Below are positions 1 to 9,019 of a stretch of 64,000 bases of DNA, piece by piece. The notes under the pieces were generated by a model. That model was not told the origin of the DNA and did no database searches. It saw nothing but the letters and a program-made list of their open reading frames with translations. Location: NCBI GenBank assembly GCA_017307855.1, contig JAFKGD010000015.1, forward strand, positions 33,496 through 97,495, in the 5' to 3' direction. This DNA is from Burkholderiales bacterium (lineage in GTDB: Bacteria; Pseudomonadota; Gammaproteobacteria; Burkholderiales; Burkholderiaceae_C). Position 1 is the first letter of the stretch. Each line of letters begins with the position of its first letter. A program made the translations under genes and the position numbers.

Positions 1-674
1 AACCATCGGCTGCTGAACTGCCGGCCAGTCACCGACTCGGAGAACCAGATCCAGAGCACGTCCACCAGATCGCGCGGGCGCAGGCCGCTGCGGCCGGCCA
101 GCGGATGCGAGCGGCTGGCGAACAGGCGGTGCTCGACGTTGAGCAGCGGCTCGTACACCAGCCGGCCGTCGCGCTCCTGGCGGGGTGGCAGCCCGCCCAG
201 CACGGCGTCCAGGCGGCCCTCGGACAGCATGGGCAGCGTGGTCTCGTTGAGGCCGCTGGAGAGGTGGATGCGCACACGTGGCATGCGCGCCTGCAGCGCC
301 GCCATGGCGTCGGGCACCAGTTCGTATACCCATGCCGGCCCGGCGGCTACCCGCAGCTCGCCCGTGCCACCGCCCAGCAGGTCGTTGATCTCGCCGACGG
401 CATAGTCGCAGGTCAGGCCCACCAAATGGGCGTGGTGCTGGAGCGCCTCGCCGAACTTGGTCAGCGTCATGCCGTGCGGATGACGCTCGAACAATTCCAC
501 GCCCAGGCCTGATTCCAGATCCTGGATGCGGCGGGTGAGGGCCGACTGGCTCAGGTGCTGGCGCTGGGCCGCGCTGCGGATGGTGCCGGTCTCGGCCACG
601 GCGAGGAAGTCCAGCAGCAAGTGCGCGCGTCGCAGCAGCTTGTGCGGAGCCAGGAGTGTGTCGGCGGTGGGCAT
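1..674 (-). CDS. LysR-family transcriptional regulator (3' end runs off the window)
   Basis: Reverse-strand ATG at 672-674. Translation MPTADTLLAPHKLLRRAHLLLDFLAVAETGTIRSAAQRQHLSQSALTRRIQDLE is a LysR wHTH. Divergent from the TctC gene at 803. Absent from the ORF track because there is no stop inside the window. Confidence 0.8.
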   Translation of the reverse strand, partial: MPTADTLLAPHKLLRRAHLLLDFLAVAETGTIRSAAQRQHLSQSALTRRIQDLESGLGVELFERHPHGMTLTKFGEALQHHAHLVGLTCDYAVGEINDLLGGGTGELRVAAGPAWVYELVPDAMAALQARMPRVRIHLSSGLNETTLPMLSEGRLDAVLGGLPPRQERDGRLVYEPLLNVEHRLFASRSHPLAGRSGLRPRDLVDVLWIWFSESVTGRQFSSRW

Positions 675-802
675 GGGCTTGTTCCAGTTTGTGTGATGCG
701 TCTGGCGCATCGACCGTTCGGAAATTAACACTTCCGCACATCGCGCCACCTCCCTAGAGTCGGCCCTTCCCCCAGGAGACAGTTTTCGACAAGGAGTCAT
801 CG

Positions 803-1780
803 ATGATGAAGCGTTCGTTCATCCGCACGGCGGTCGCCACTTTCGCGATCGGCCTCGGCATCGCCTCGGTACAGGCCCAGACCTTCCCTTCCAAGCCCAT
901 CACCGTCATCGTTCCCTTCGCGGCCGGCGGCGCCGCCGACGTGCTGGCGCGCGTGATCTCGCAGGAAGCCTCGGCCGCGCTCGGCCAGCCCATCGTCATC
1001 GACAACCGCGGCGGTGCGGGCGGCAGCATCGGCGCGGCCGCCGTGGCCAAGGCGCCCGCCGACGGCCACACGCTGCTGTTCGTGGCAGCGGGCCACGCCG
1101 GCATGGGCGCGCTCTATCCGCGCCTGACGTTCGACCCGGTGAAGGACTTCTCCCCCGTGATCGGCCTGGCGACGGCGCCGATCGCCATTGCTGTGAACGC
1201 ACAGTCGAAGTACCGCACGCTGGCCGATCTGGTGGCCGACGCCCGGGCCCACCCCGGCAAGCTCAACTGCGCGGGCGGCGGCGGCGGCGCCACGGTGACC
1301 AATCTGGCGTTCGAGCTGCTCAAGTCCGAGCTGGGCCTGCAAATCACGGCCGTGCCATACAAGGGCTCGGCGCCGGCCATCACCGGCCTCATTGCGGGCG
1401 AGATCGACTGCGATTCGGATGCCGCCTCGTCCATCCTTCCCATGGTGCAGGGCGGCAAGCTGCGTGCCCTGGCCGTGACCACGGCGCAGCGCGCCTCGGC
1501 CCTGCCCGACACGCCGACGGTGGCCGAGACGGTGCGCCCGGGCTTCGCGGCCTCGGTCTGGTATGGGCTGCTGGCGCCCGCCGGCACGCCCAGGCCGGTG
1601 GTGGACCGCCTGCACCGCGAGTTCCAGGCCGCCATGGACAAGCCCCAGGTGCGCGAGCGCCTGAAGGCCCTGGCCGCCGACCCGATGAATGCCGATCCGG
1701 CCGCGTTCGGCCAGTTCATGGCCAGCGAGACCACGCGCTGGAGCGGCGTGATCCAGAAGCTCGGCCTCAAGGCCGACTGA
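803..1780 (+). CDS. Bug/TctC-family tripartite tricarboxylate transporter substrate-binding protein
   Basis: 325 aa with a signal peptide (AIGLGIASVQAQ). Family-typical PSKPITVIVPFAAGGAADVLAR...IDNRGGAGGSIG...APADGHTLL. Confidence 0.9.
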   Translation: MMKRSFIRTAVATFAIGLGIASVQAQTFPSKPITVIVPFAAGGAADVLARVISQEASAALGQPIVIDNRGGAGGSIGAAAVAKAPADGHTLLFVAAGHAGMGALYPRLTFDPVKDFSPVIGLATAPIAIAVNAQSKYRTLADLVADARAHPGKLNCAGGGGGATVTNLAFELLKSELGLQITAVPYKGSAPAITGLIAGEIDCDSDAASSILPMVQGGKLRALAVTTAQRASALPDTPTVAETVRPGFAASVWYGLLAPAGTPRPVVDRLHREFQAAMDKPQVRERLKALAADPMNADPAAFGQFMASETTRWSGVIQKLGLKAD

Positions 1781-1810
1781 CACCGCGCCCACAGCGCACC
1801 ACACAGACCC

Positions 1811-1833
1811 CGGGGCGCGCGAGCGCCCCGTTT
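1811..1833 (+). terminator. Candidate intrinsic terminator or attenuator hairpin
   Basis: cggggcgc-gcga-gcgccccg: an 8-bp GC stem with a 4-nt loop, followed by ttt. Lies between the TctC stop (1780) and the sulfatase start (1855). The T-tract is short. Confidence 0.35.
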
Positions 1834-1854
1834 CGATTCCTCCAGGCCCTTGTC

Positions 1855-4107
1855 ATGCAGCACGACAACGAGAACTTCCAGGGCGTCATCGGACGCACGT
1901 ACCGCGAATCCCGCCCCCACTGGCCCGCGCCCGCAGCGGCGCCCGGCGGCGCGCCCAACGTGGTCTTCATCGTGCTGGACGACGTGGGCTTCTCCGACAT
2001 CGGCTGCTACGGCTCCGAGATCCGCACGCCGCGCATGGACCAGCTGGCCGCCGGCGGCCTGCGCTACAGCAACTTCCACGTGACGGCCATGTGCTCGCCC
2101 ACGCGCGCCTGCCTGCTCACGGGTCGCAATGCGCATGCCGCCGGCGTGGGCGCCATCGCCGAATGGTCCAACGGCTTTCCCGGCTACCAGGGCCGCATGA
2201 GCCGCAAGACGGCCACCGCGGCCGAGATCTTCGCGGACCATGGCTACGGCACCTACGCCATCGGCAAATGGCACCTGTCCAGCCTGGACCACTACGGCGT
2301 GGCCGGCCCGCACCCGCACTGGCCGCTGGGCCGTGGCTTCTCGCGCTGGTACGGCTTCCTCGGCGGCTACGTGGACCACTGGAATCCTGACCTGCACGAG
2401 GACAACCACCCGATCCGTCTCGACCCCAAGCCCGAGGGCTACCACCTGAGCGAAGACCTGGTGGACCACGCCATCGGCCAGATCCGCGACCACCTCACCA
2501 CCGCGAAGGGTCGCCCGTTCTTCACCTACCTCGCCTTCGGCGCCGCCCATTGGCCGCACCACGTGCCCGAGGAGTACATCCGCCGCTATGCCGGCCGCTA
2601 CGACTGCGGCTGGGATGCCATCCGCGAGGAGCGCCTGGCACGCCAGAAGGCGCTGGGACTGGTGCCGCAGGACACGCAACTGGCGCCACGCAACCCCGGC
2701 ATCGAGGCCTGGGACCAGTTGCCCGAAGGCGATCGCCGCGTGCGTGCCCGCCTGCAGGAAACCTACGCCGCCTTCATGGAGCACACCGACGAGCAGATCG
2801 GCCGCGTGATCGACGAGCTCGCGCGGCTGGGCCAGTTGAACAACACGGCCATCGTGCTGCTGTCGGACAACGGTGCCAGCGGCGAGGGCGGGCAGACCGG
2901 CGCGGTGAGTATCCGCAAGCACATGCTCACCGAGAAGGAAGACACGGCGTACGGCCTGGAGCATCTCGACACCATCGGCTCGGCGCATTCGTTCCCGCAT
3001 TACCCGATGGGCTGGGCGCAGGTATCGAACACGCCGCTCAAGTGGTTCAAGAAGAACACGCACGGCGGTGGCATCCGCGCGCCGCTGATCGTGCATTGGC
3101 CCGACCGCATCCGCGCGCGCGGCGAAATCCGCCACCAGTACCACCACGTGATCGACGTGCTGCCCACGCTGCTGGATGCCGGGGGCATGCAGGCGCCGCG
3201 CAGCTACCGTGGCGTGGAGCAGCTGCCGATGCACGGCATCAGCATGGCCTACACCTTCGATCCCGTCGATGGGCCCGACGCGCCCACGCGCAAGACCGTG
3301 CAGCACTTCGAGATCGTGGGCGACCGCGCGATCTGGCACGAAGGCTGGAAGGCCGTCGCGCGCCACGCCAAGGGCGACGACTTCGAGACCGACCGCTGGG
3401 AGCTGTATCACCTCGAAGAAGATTTCGCCGAGGTACACGACCTCGCGGCCGAGCGGCCCGAGCATCTGAAGCAGCTCATCGCGCTGTGGTGGGTCGAAGC
3501 CGAAAAGTACGGCGTGCTGCCGCTGGATGATCGCGAGACCGAGCGCGCCTTCGACTGGTTCCGCAACAACACGCCCAGCCGCTATGACTACCTGCCGGGC
3601 AACTCGCGCGCGGACCGCCTGATGGTGCCCGCCATCAACGAGCGCAGCTGGCGGCTCGACGCGCACCTGCACGTGGGCGACGCGGCCACCGCGCGCGGCG
3701 TGGTGCTGGCCTGCGGCAACCGCTTTGCCGGTTTCACGCTGTACTGCGATGCCGGCGACGTCGTGTTCGAGTACGTCTACACCGAGCAGACGTCGTACGT
3801 GCTGCGTGCACGCCTGCCGGCCGGCGTGCATACCGTCACCGTCGGCCTGGCGCGCCGCGGCGCGGGCGGGCGGTTCGTGCTCATGCTCGATGGCCTGGAG
3901 CAGGCCGCCGTGGATGTACCCAAGCTGTGGACCACCTACGGCGTGACGGCCGGCGTGACCTGCGGTTATGCCAACGTCCCGGTCAGCCGGGACTGGACGC
4001 CGCCCTTCGAATGCGCGCCGGGACTGGTGGAACGCGTGTCGGTGGAGATCGAAGGCGCGCCAGCGCGACCGGTGGGGGCGTTCGCGGCGTTGATGCAGGA
4101 GGAGTGA
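1855..4107 (+). CDS. Arylsulfatase (Cys-type sulfatase family)
   Basis: 750 aa. N-terminal VVFIVLDDVGFSDIGCYGS and the formylglycine motif MCSPTRACLLTGRN (C-x-P-x-R). Confidence 0.9.
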   Translation: MQHDNENFQGVIGRTYRESRPHWPAPAAAPGGAPNVVFIVLDDVGFSDIGCYGSEIRTPRMDQLAAGGLRYSNFHVTAMCSPTRACLLTGRNAHAAGVGAIAEWSNGFPGYQGRMSRKTATAAEIFADHGYGTYAIGKWHLSSLDHYGVAGPHPHWPLGRGFSRWYGFLGGYVDHWNPDLHEDNHPIRLDPKPEGYHLSEDLVDHAIGQIRDHLTTAKGRPFFTYLAFGAAHWPHHVPEEYIRRYAGRYDCGWDAIREERLARQKALGLVPQDTQLAPRNPGIEAWDQLPEGDRRVRARLQETYAAFMEHTDEQIGRVIDELARLGQLNNTAIVLLSDNGASGEGGQTGAVSIRKHMLTEKEDTAYGLEHLDTIGSAHSFPHYPMGWAQVSNTPLKWFKKNTHGGGIRAPLIVHWPDRIRARGEIRHQYHHVIDVLPTLLDAGGMQAPRSYRGVEQLPMHGISMAYTFDPVDGPDAPTRKTVQHFEIVGDRAIWHEGWKAVARHAKGDDFETDRWELYHLEEDFAEVHDLAAERPEHLKQLIALWWVEAEKYGVLPLDDRETERAFDWFRNNTPSRYDYLPGNSRADRLMVPAINERSWRLDAHLHVGDAATARGVVLACGNRFAGFTLYCDAGDVVFEYVYTEQTSYVLRARLPAGVHTVTVGLARRGAGGRFVLMLDGLEQAAVDVPKLWTTYGVTAGVTCGYANVPVSRDWTPPFECAPGLVERVSVEIEGAPARPVGAFAALMQEE

Positions 4108-4261
4108 AGTCCCTTCGTGCCTTCCGGGTAAAGCGCCCGACGGCGGGGGGCGGCTCGGCGACCCTGGTCCACCGGCGCTTCGGGCTGGCGGCGTTCTGCC
4201 GCCCGCGCCGTGCGCCTCCGCCCCTGCCGGCCCGGCGGCAACAAACAACCGCGCGGCTGTC

Positions 4262-5005
4262 TCAGCGCGTCGTCGTCGTATAGATGTGATTGCGCCCTTC
4301 CACGCAATACGTCTGCGCGTGGAAGATGGCGCGGCCTGCTGCGTAGTGGACCCGGTCCAGCAGCACGTAGAGCTGCGGCTTCTGGCTCGGCCGGTCCCAG
4401 CCGACGGTGCCGGAGTACACAGCGTGGTACTCGACATGTGTGCGGTCGGTGCGCACGCCCAGGCGCTCGAAGATGTCGACGAACGACAGCGAGAACAGCG
4501 ACTCGTCGACCTGGGGCCCAAACAGGTCGTCCACATAGCGGTCGTAGCCGTAACTCAGCAGCTCGTCGTCGCTGTAGACCGCGCGCTCGGTGTAGAGCAC
4601 GCGGCTGCCGGCGGGCAGGCCAAGCTTGTGCGTCTCGGCCAGCGTGCCGGTGCGGCGCTCCAGCTTGTGCAGGACGATGCGCGGCGTGCGGCCCTGCTGG
4701 CGGATGGAATCGGTGAGCGATTCGAAATGGCCCATGCCCATGGGGGCCTGCGGCGGCGCGGGCGGGCTCACCAGCGTGCCCACGCCGCGCTGGATGCGCA
4801 GCTGGCCCTCGGTCACCAGCCGGCTGATGGCTTCGCGGATCGTGTTGCGCGACACCGAGTACGCGGCGGCCAGCGCCGTCTCGGCCGGAATCGCCTGGCC
4901 CGGCGCCCATTCGCCCTCGGCCAGGCGGCGACGCAGGTCCTGCGCCAGCCGGTCGGGCAGGGTGAGGCGGCCGGCGCCGTGCGCCGCGTTCATCGGATCA
5001 CGCAT
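4262..5005 (-). CDS. GntR-family transcriptional regulator (HutC/UTRA subfamily)
   Basis: 247 aa. wHTH PAETALAAAYSVSRNTIREAISRLVTEGQLRIQRGVGTLV followed by a UTRA-like C-terminal domain. Last gene of the minus-strand operon. Confidence 0.85.
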   Translation of the reverse strand: MRDPMNAAHGAGRLTLPDRLAQDLRRRLAEGEWAPGQAIPAETALAAAYSVSRNTIREAISRLVTEGQLRIQRGVGTLVSPPAPPQAPMGMGHFESLTDSIRQQGRTPRIVLHKLERRTGTLAETHKLGLPAGSRVLYTERAVYSDDELLSYGYDRYVDDLFGPQVDESLFSLSFVDIFERLGVRTDRTHVEYHAVYSGTVGWDRPSQKPQLYVLLDRVHYAAGRAIFHAQTYCVEGRNHIYTTTTR

Positions 5006-5017
5006 CGCGGCGGGCCG

Positions 5018-5977
5018 TCACGACGTGAGCGCTGCCCACGACTTGCGCTCGCCCGCGAAGTTCTTGTAGACCTGATCGCCCGCCACGATCGGATCGAAAC
5101 GCACCGGCTCGCCGGCGGCGAAATCCCTGGCGTCGATCACCTGGTGGTAGTTCGGATGCACGAACAGCGGGATCGAATAGCGCTCGCGGCCCGAGCGGTT
5201 GATCACGCGGTGCAGGGCCGACTTCAGGCGGCCGTTGGTCCAGCGCGTGAGCAGCTTGGCCACGTTGAGCACGATGGCGCGCTCGTCGGGCACCACGGGC
5301 AGCCAGTCCTTCTCGGGGCCCAGCACTTCCAGGCCGCCGTTCATGTCCTGGATCAGCAGCGTGATCAGGCCCTGGTCTTCATGCGCGCGCACGCCTTCGT
5401 CGGCGATGTGCTGCACCGCTTCCTGCGGCGGGTAGTGCACCACGCGCATGTTGGAATAGGTGTTGCGCGACACGTTGGCGAAGAAGTCGTGCGGCGCGCC
5501 CAGGTGCACGGCGAAAGCCTCCAGCACGCGCTCGCCCACCTTGAACATCTCGTGATAGCACGTTTCCAGCCGTTCGCGGAACAGCGGCACGTCCGCCGGC
5601 CAGGGCGTGGCCGCGTAGAAGGGCAGCGACAGCAGCGCCGGGTCTTCCGGCGGAATCGGATGGCCCATGCTGAAGGCCTCCTGGCCGCTGGGCTTCTGGC
5701 CGGGCTTGGCGTTGTCGAACATAGGCTGGAAACCGCGGTTGGTCTTGCGCTCCTGGTAGGGCGCCTTGGCTTCCTCGCTCTGGCCGAAGAAATCCTGCGC
5801 GGCACTGAAGGTGTCGGCGATCACGGCTTCGGGCACGCCGTGGCCCACCAGCTTCATGAAGCCATAGGTCTGCGCGGCTTCGCCGAGCTGGCGTGCGATG
5901 TCGGCGCGCGCGGCGGCATCGCCCGTGAGCAGGGGCGCGATGTCGATGGTCGGGATCGCGTGGACGGTCGTGGTCAT
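5018..5977 (-). CDS. 2OG-Fe(II) oxygenase (isopenicillin N synthase-like family)
   Basis: 319 aa. N-terminal IPTIDIAPLL...GFMKLVGHGVP. The core contains H-x-D (AHEDQG) and a distal LKSALHRV. Confidence 0.8.
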   Translation of the reverse strand: MTTTVHAIPTIDIAPLLTGDAAARADIARQLGEAAQTYGFMKLVGHGVPEAVIADTFSAAQDFFGQSEEAKAPYQERKTNRGFQPMFDNAKPGQKPSGQEAFSMGHPIPPEDPALLSLPFYAATPWPADVPLFRERLETCYHEMFKVGERVLEAFAVHLGAPHDFFANVSRNTYSNMRVVHYPPQEAVQHIADEGVRAHEDQGLITLLIQDMNGGLEVLGPEKDWLPVVPDERAIVLNVAKLLTRWTNGRLKSALHRVINRSGRERYSIPLFVHPNYHQVIDARDFAAGEPVRFDPIVAGDQVYKNFAGERKSWAALTS

Positions 5978-6017
5978 GGCAACGTCTCCTGTGATGTGTG
6001 TCGGCGCGCGGGCGCGC

Positions 6018-7052
6018 TCACTGGCTCTTGATGGCGGGGTTGAAGGCGTTCGTCATCACCTCGCCCACCGGTGCAACGCGCGGGATCTGCTCGTATTCCT
6101 TGTAGAAGGCCATGGCGGCCTCCCAGGTCTTGGGGTCCATCCACAGCAGGCCGCGGGCCTTGGTGTCGGCGCTCACGTTCATCGGGTTCTGCGCCTTGAA
6201 ACGCCAGGCCAGCTTGTCGGCGCGCTCGATCTGCTGCGGATAGGCATCGACCAGCTTCACCGCCTCGGCCGGGTTGTCGATGGTGAACTTCATGCCCTTG
6301 GCCACTGCGCGGCTCACCTTGCGCACCAGTTCGGGGTTCTCGCGCGTCATCTTCGTCGTGGTGAACAGCACGTCGCCGTACGAGGGCACGCCGTACTGCG
6401 TGAAGCGCATGGCCTTCCAGACCTTGCCCTTGACGGCGGCCGGCGCGCCCGGCTTGGCGGCTTCCTGCTCGACCTGGTAGGTCTGGTTGTGCAGCATGCC
6501 GGTGAAGAAATCGACCTTGCCCACCATCAGCGGCTCGGCGTTGGCCAGCACCGTCTCCATCTTGATCTTGGAGATGTCGAGGTTGTTGCGCTTGGCGAAG
6601 GCCTTGATGAACAGGTCGCCGTCGGATTGCAGGCCCAGGCGCTTGCCTTCGAGGTCCTTGGGCGTGGGATCCGGATCGCCGGGGTTGCCCAGCGTGATGT
6701 AGGCGTAGGGCAGATCCTGGATCAGCGCGCCGATGGCCACCACGTCCACCGGCGTGGGCGCCAGGCGCGCCAGGAAGATGTGCGAGGCACCGACCACGCC
6801 GAACTGCGCCTGGTTCACGCCCACGGTGGGGATCGGGTTCTTGCCCGGGCCGCCGTCGATGAAGCTCACCTTCAGGCCCTCTTCGGCGAAGTAGCCCTTG
6901 GCATCGGCCACCATCAGGCCGGCGTACTGGCCATTGCGCAGCCACGAAAAGGCGATCTTCACTTCTTCCAGCGGGGCCTGCGCGGCCGCGCCGGTGGCGA
7001 AACTGGCGCCGGCGATGAGGGTGAGGGCGAACTTGACGAGGGTCGAACGCAT
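6018..7052 (-). CDS. ABC transporter substrate-binding protein (NMT1/THI5-, TauA/SsuA-like)
   Basis: Start re-set to MRSTLVKFALTLIAGASFATGAAAQAP (signal peptide) with RBS AAGGAAG upstream. The 72 aa upstream in the track ORF are Arg/Ser-rich shadow sequence. Confidence 0.85.
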   Translation of the reverse strand: MRSTLVKFALTLIAGASFATGAAAQAPLEEVKIAFSWLRNGQYAGLMVADAKGYFAEEGLKVSFIDGGPGKNPIPTVGVNQAQFGVVGASHIFLARLAPTPVDVVAIGALIQDLPYAYITLGNPGDPDPTPKDLEGKRLGLQSDGDLFIKAFAKRNNLDISKIKMETVLANAEPLMVGKVDFFTGMLHNQTYQVEQEAAKPGAPAAVKGKVWKAMRFTQYGVPSYGDVLFTTTKMTRENPELVRKVSRAVAKGMKFTIDNPAEAVKLVDAYPQQIERADKLAWRFKAQNPMNVSADTKARGLLWMDPKTWEAAMAFYKEYEQIPRVAPVGEVMTNAFNPAIKSQ

Positions 7053-7113
7053 GGGAACTTCCTTGGCTTGTAGGGAGGCGAGGGGGTGAGGGAGGAGGAG
7101 CCGGGGCGGGGCG

Positions 7114-7962
7114 TCAGCGCTTGCCTTCGCGCGCGCGCTCGCTCCAGTTGATGCGCGCGCCGATGACCTGCACCAGCATGTAGATGGAATAGGAGAGCAC
7201 GGCCGCGAGCAGCGCGACCGCATAGACCTGGTCGCCGCGGTACTGGGCCATGGCGCGGTTGATGACATAGCCCAGCCCTTCGGAGGAAATCATCCATTCG
7301 GCCGCGATCGCCACGATGATGCTGCCGCTGCCGGTGATCTCCTGCGCCGCCAGGATGTAGGGCACCGAGTACGGCAGCCGCACCTTGAGGAACACCTTCC
7401 ACGGGCTCACGTCGAGGATGCGCATGCGGTCGAGCACCACGGTGTCCACCGATCGCAGGCCACGCATGGTGTTCACCAGCACCGGGAAGAAGCCCGCGAT
7501 GGTGACGATGATGACCTTGGTCCACAGCCCGTCGCCCACGGCCAGCACCAGCACCGAGGCCAGTGCCACGTAGGGCACGTTGCGCAGCGTGATCGCGGCC
7601 GGCATCAGCAGGCGCTGGAAGATGCCCAGCGACGTGAACAGCACCGCCAGGCTGATGCCCACGATGTTGGCGAACAGGAAGCCCAGGGCCGCGGCCTTGA
7701 GCGTGACCACCAGATGCTGGGTGACGAAGGACGTCTCGTTGGTGAGCACGGCCAGCACCTGCGTGGGGCGCGGGATCACGAACTCGGGCAGACCCGAGAA
7801 CGCGATGGCCAGATACCACAGGCCCAGGATCGAGGCGACGGGAAAGGCGATGCGCGAGACGAGGCGCAGCGCGCGCGCCAGCAGGGCACGCGCGGCTTCA
7901 GCGGGCGCGGAGGCCGTCGTGGCGGGATGGGCGGGGGTGGCCGGAGCGGTCGTTGTGTTCAT
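7114..7962 (-). CDS. ABC transporter permease (TauC/SsuC-like)
   Basis: Start re-set to MNTTTAPATPA. Multiple TM segments and an EAA-loop-like region (LDVSPWKVFLKVRLPYSVPYILAAQ). Confidence 0.85.
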   Translation of the reverse strand: MNTTTAPATPAHPATTASAPAEAARALLARALRLVSRIAFPVASILGLWYLAIAFSGLPEFVIPRPTQVLAVLTNETSFVTQHLVVTLKAAALGFLFANIVGISLAVLFTSLGIFQRLLMPAAITLRNVPYVALASVLVLAVGDGLWTKVIIVTIAGFFPVLVNTMRGLRSVDTVVLDRMRILDVSPWKVFLKVRLPYSVPYILAAQEITGSGSIIVAIAAEWMISSEGLGYVINRAMAQYRGDQVYAVALLAAVLSYSIYMLVQVIGARINWSERAREGKR

Positions 7963-8006
7963 GGCGAAATCCGTGGGGCGATCTCGTGGGTGCGCGGTTC
8001 TGGCGG

Positions 8007-8762
8007 TCAGGCGGCGTGGCGCCAGTTGCCGAACAGCAGGCCGCGGATGCGGTCGGTGATCTCGACGAACTGCGGGTCGGTGCGGAACGCCGCCGTGCGC
8101 GGTCGCGGCGCGGTCACCGGGATGTCGGCCAGGATGCGGCCCGGCGCGGGCGAGAACACGATCACGCGGTCGGCCAGCAGCACGGCTTCGTCCACGTGGT
8201 GCGTCACGAACAGCACGGTCTTGGGGCGGCGCGCGAGCTCGGCCCCCAGCCACAGGCCCAGCTCCTCGCGCTTCATCTCGTCGAGCGCGGAGAAGGGCTC
8301 GTCCATCAGCAGCACATCGGGATCGTGCGCGATGGCGCTGGCGAAGTTCACGCGCTGCAGCATGCCGCCCGAGAGGTGGTGCGGCAGCTTGTCTTCATGG
8401 CCGGCCAGCCCGAAGTGGCGCAGCAGGCCGCGCGCGGGCAGGCCTTCGCGGCCGGTTACCTGCTGGGTGAATTCCACGTCGGCCGCCGCGCGTTTCCAGG
8501 GCAGCACGGCGGGCCGTTGCGACACCAGGCCCAGCTTGCGCTGGCGCCGCATGGCCGACGGCGACTGGTCGCCAATGAGCACGCTGCCGCCGCTGGGCTG
8601 GTCCAGGTCGGCCACCAGGCGCAGCAGGGTGGTCTTGCCGCAGCCCGAGGGGCCCACCAGCGCGATGAACTGGCCGGCGGCGATGTCGAGGTCCACGGTG
8701 TCGAGCGCCAGGGTGGCGCCGAAGCGGCGGGTCACGTTGCGAAGCTGGATATCGGCGGACAT
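8007..8762 (-). CDS. ABC transporter ATP-binding protein
   Basis: Start re-set to MSADIQLRNVTRRF. Walker A GPSGCGKTT, signature LSGGMLQRV, Walker B LLMDEPFSALD. Confidence 0.9.
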   Translation of the reverse strand: MSADIQLRNVTRRFGATLALDTVDLDIAAGQFIALVGPSGCGKTTLLRLVADLDQPSGGSVLIGDQSPSAMRRQRKLGLVSQRPAVLPWKRAAADVEFTQQVTGREGLPARGLLRHFGLAGHEDKLPHHLSGGMLQRVNFASAIAHDPDVLLMDEPFSALDEMKREELGLWLGAELARRPKTVLFVTHHVDEAVLLADRVIVFSPAPGRILADIPVTAPRPRTAAFRTDPQFVEITDRIRGLLFGNWRHAA

Positions 8763-8777
8763 GTGGGCAAGAGGTCT

Positions 8778-8815
8778 GGACGTCCCCAGAAGAGGGCGGG
8801 AGGTTGGACGTCCAA
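8778..8815. promoter_or_regulatory. Two palindromic GGACGTCC sites (candidate operator)
   Basis: GGACGTCC at 8778-8785 and the 12-bp perfect palindrome TTGGACGTCCAA at 8804-8815, centres 28 bp apart. They lie 16-53 bp upstream of the ABC operon start (8762, minus strand). Confidence 0.4.
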
Positions 8816-9019
8816 TGTCCAAAGCGAGATCCATGCCATGGATCAAGACGTGCGCGCCGCGGCCGTGGCAGGCCGCCCCCCGGCGAAGACCCTGTGGGGC
8901 AGGGGCGGTTACAGGGCCCGCCGATAATGTGCGCTGGCCGCATCCCCGCGCGAACGGGTTGCGCCACCCGTGCCGCCGCGAGCGGTCCGGGCCATAAGAA
9001 TCACTCCCTCCGCTAGCGC

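Noticed and set aside
1114-4536. 1140-aa minus-strand ORF, the longest in this region
   Set aside because: It lies antisense to the sulfatase and TctC genes. Its translation is Arg/Ala/Gly/Pro-rich with no motifs. This is the typical shadow ORF of high-GC DNA, where stops are rare on the opposite strand.
4286-6031. 581-aa plus-strand ORF; similar long ORFs at 14177-16039, 25016-26770, 28038-30029, 30101-32317 and 62013-63578
   Set aside because: All are antisense or out-of-frame to genes with strong family motifs. All have Arg/Ala/Gly/His-rich compositions typical of non-coding frames in GC-rich genomes.
6018-8846. Long N-terminal extensions of the three ABC-transporter ORFs as listed in the track
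   Set aside because: The extensions overlap the preceding gene, lack signal or TM features and are Arg-rich. The internal Met starts have an RBS and family-typical N-termini.
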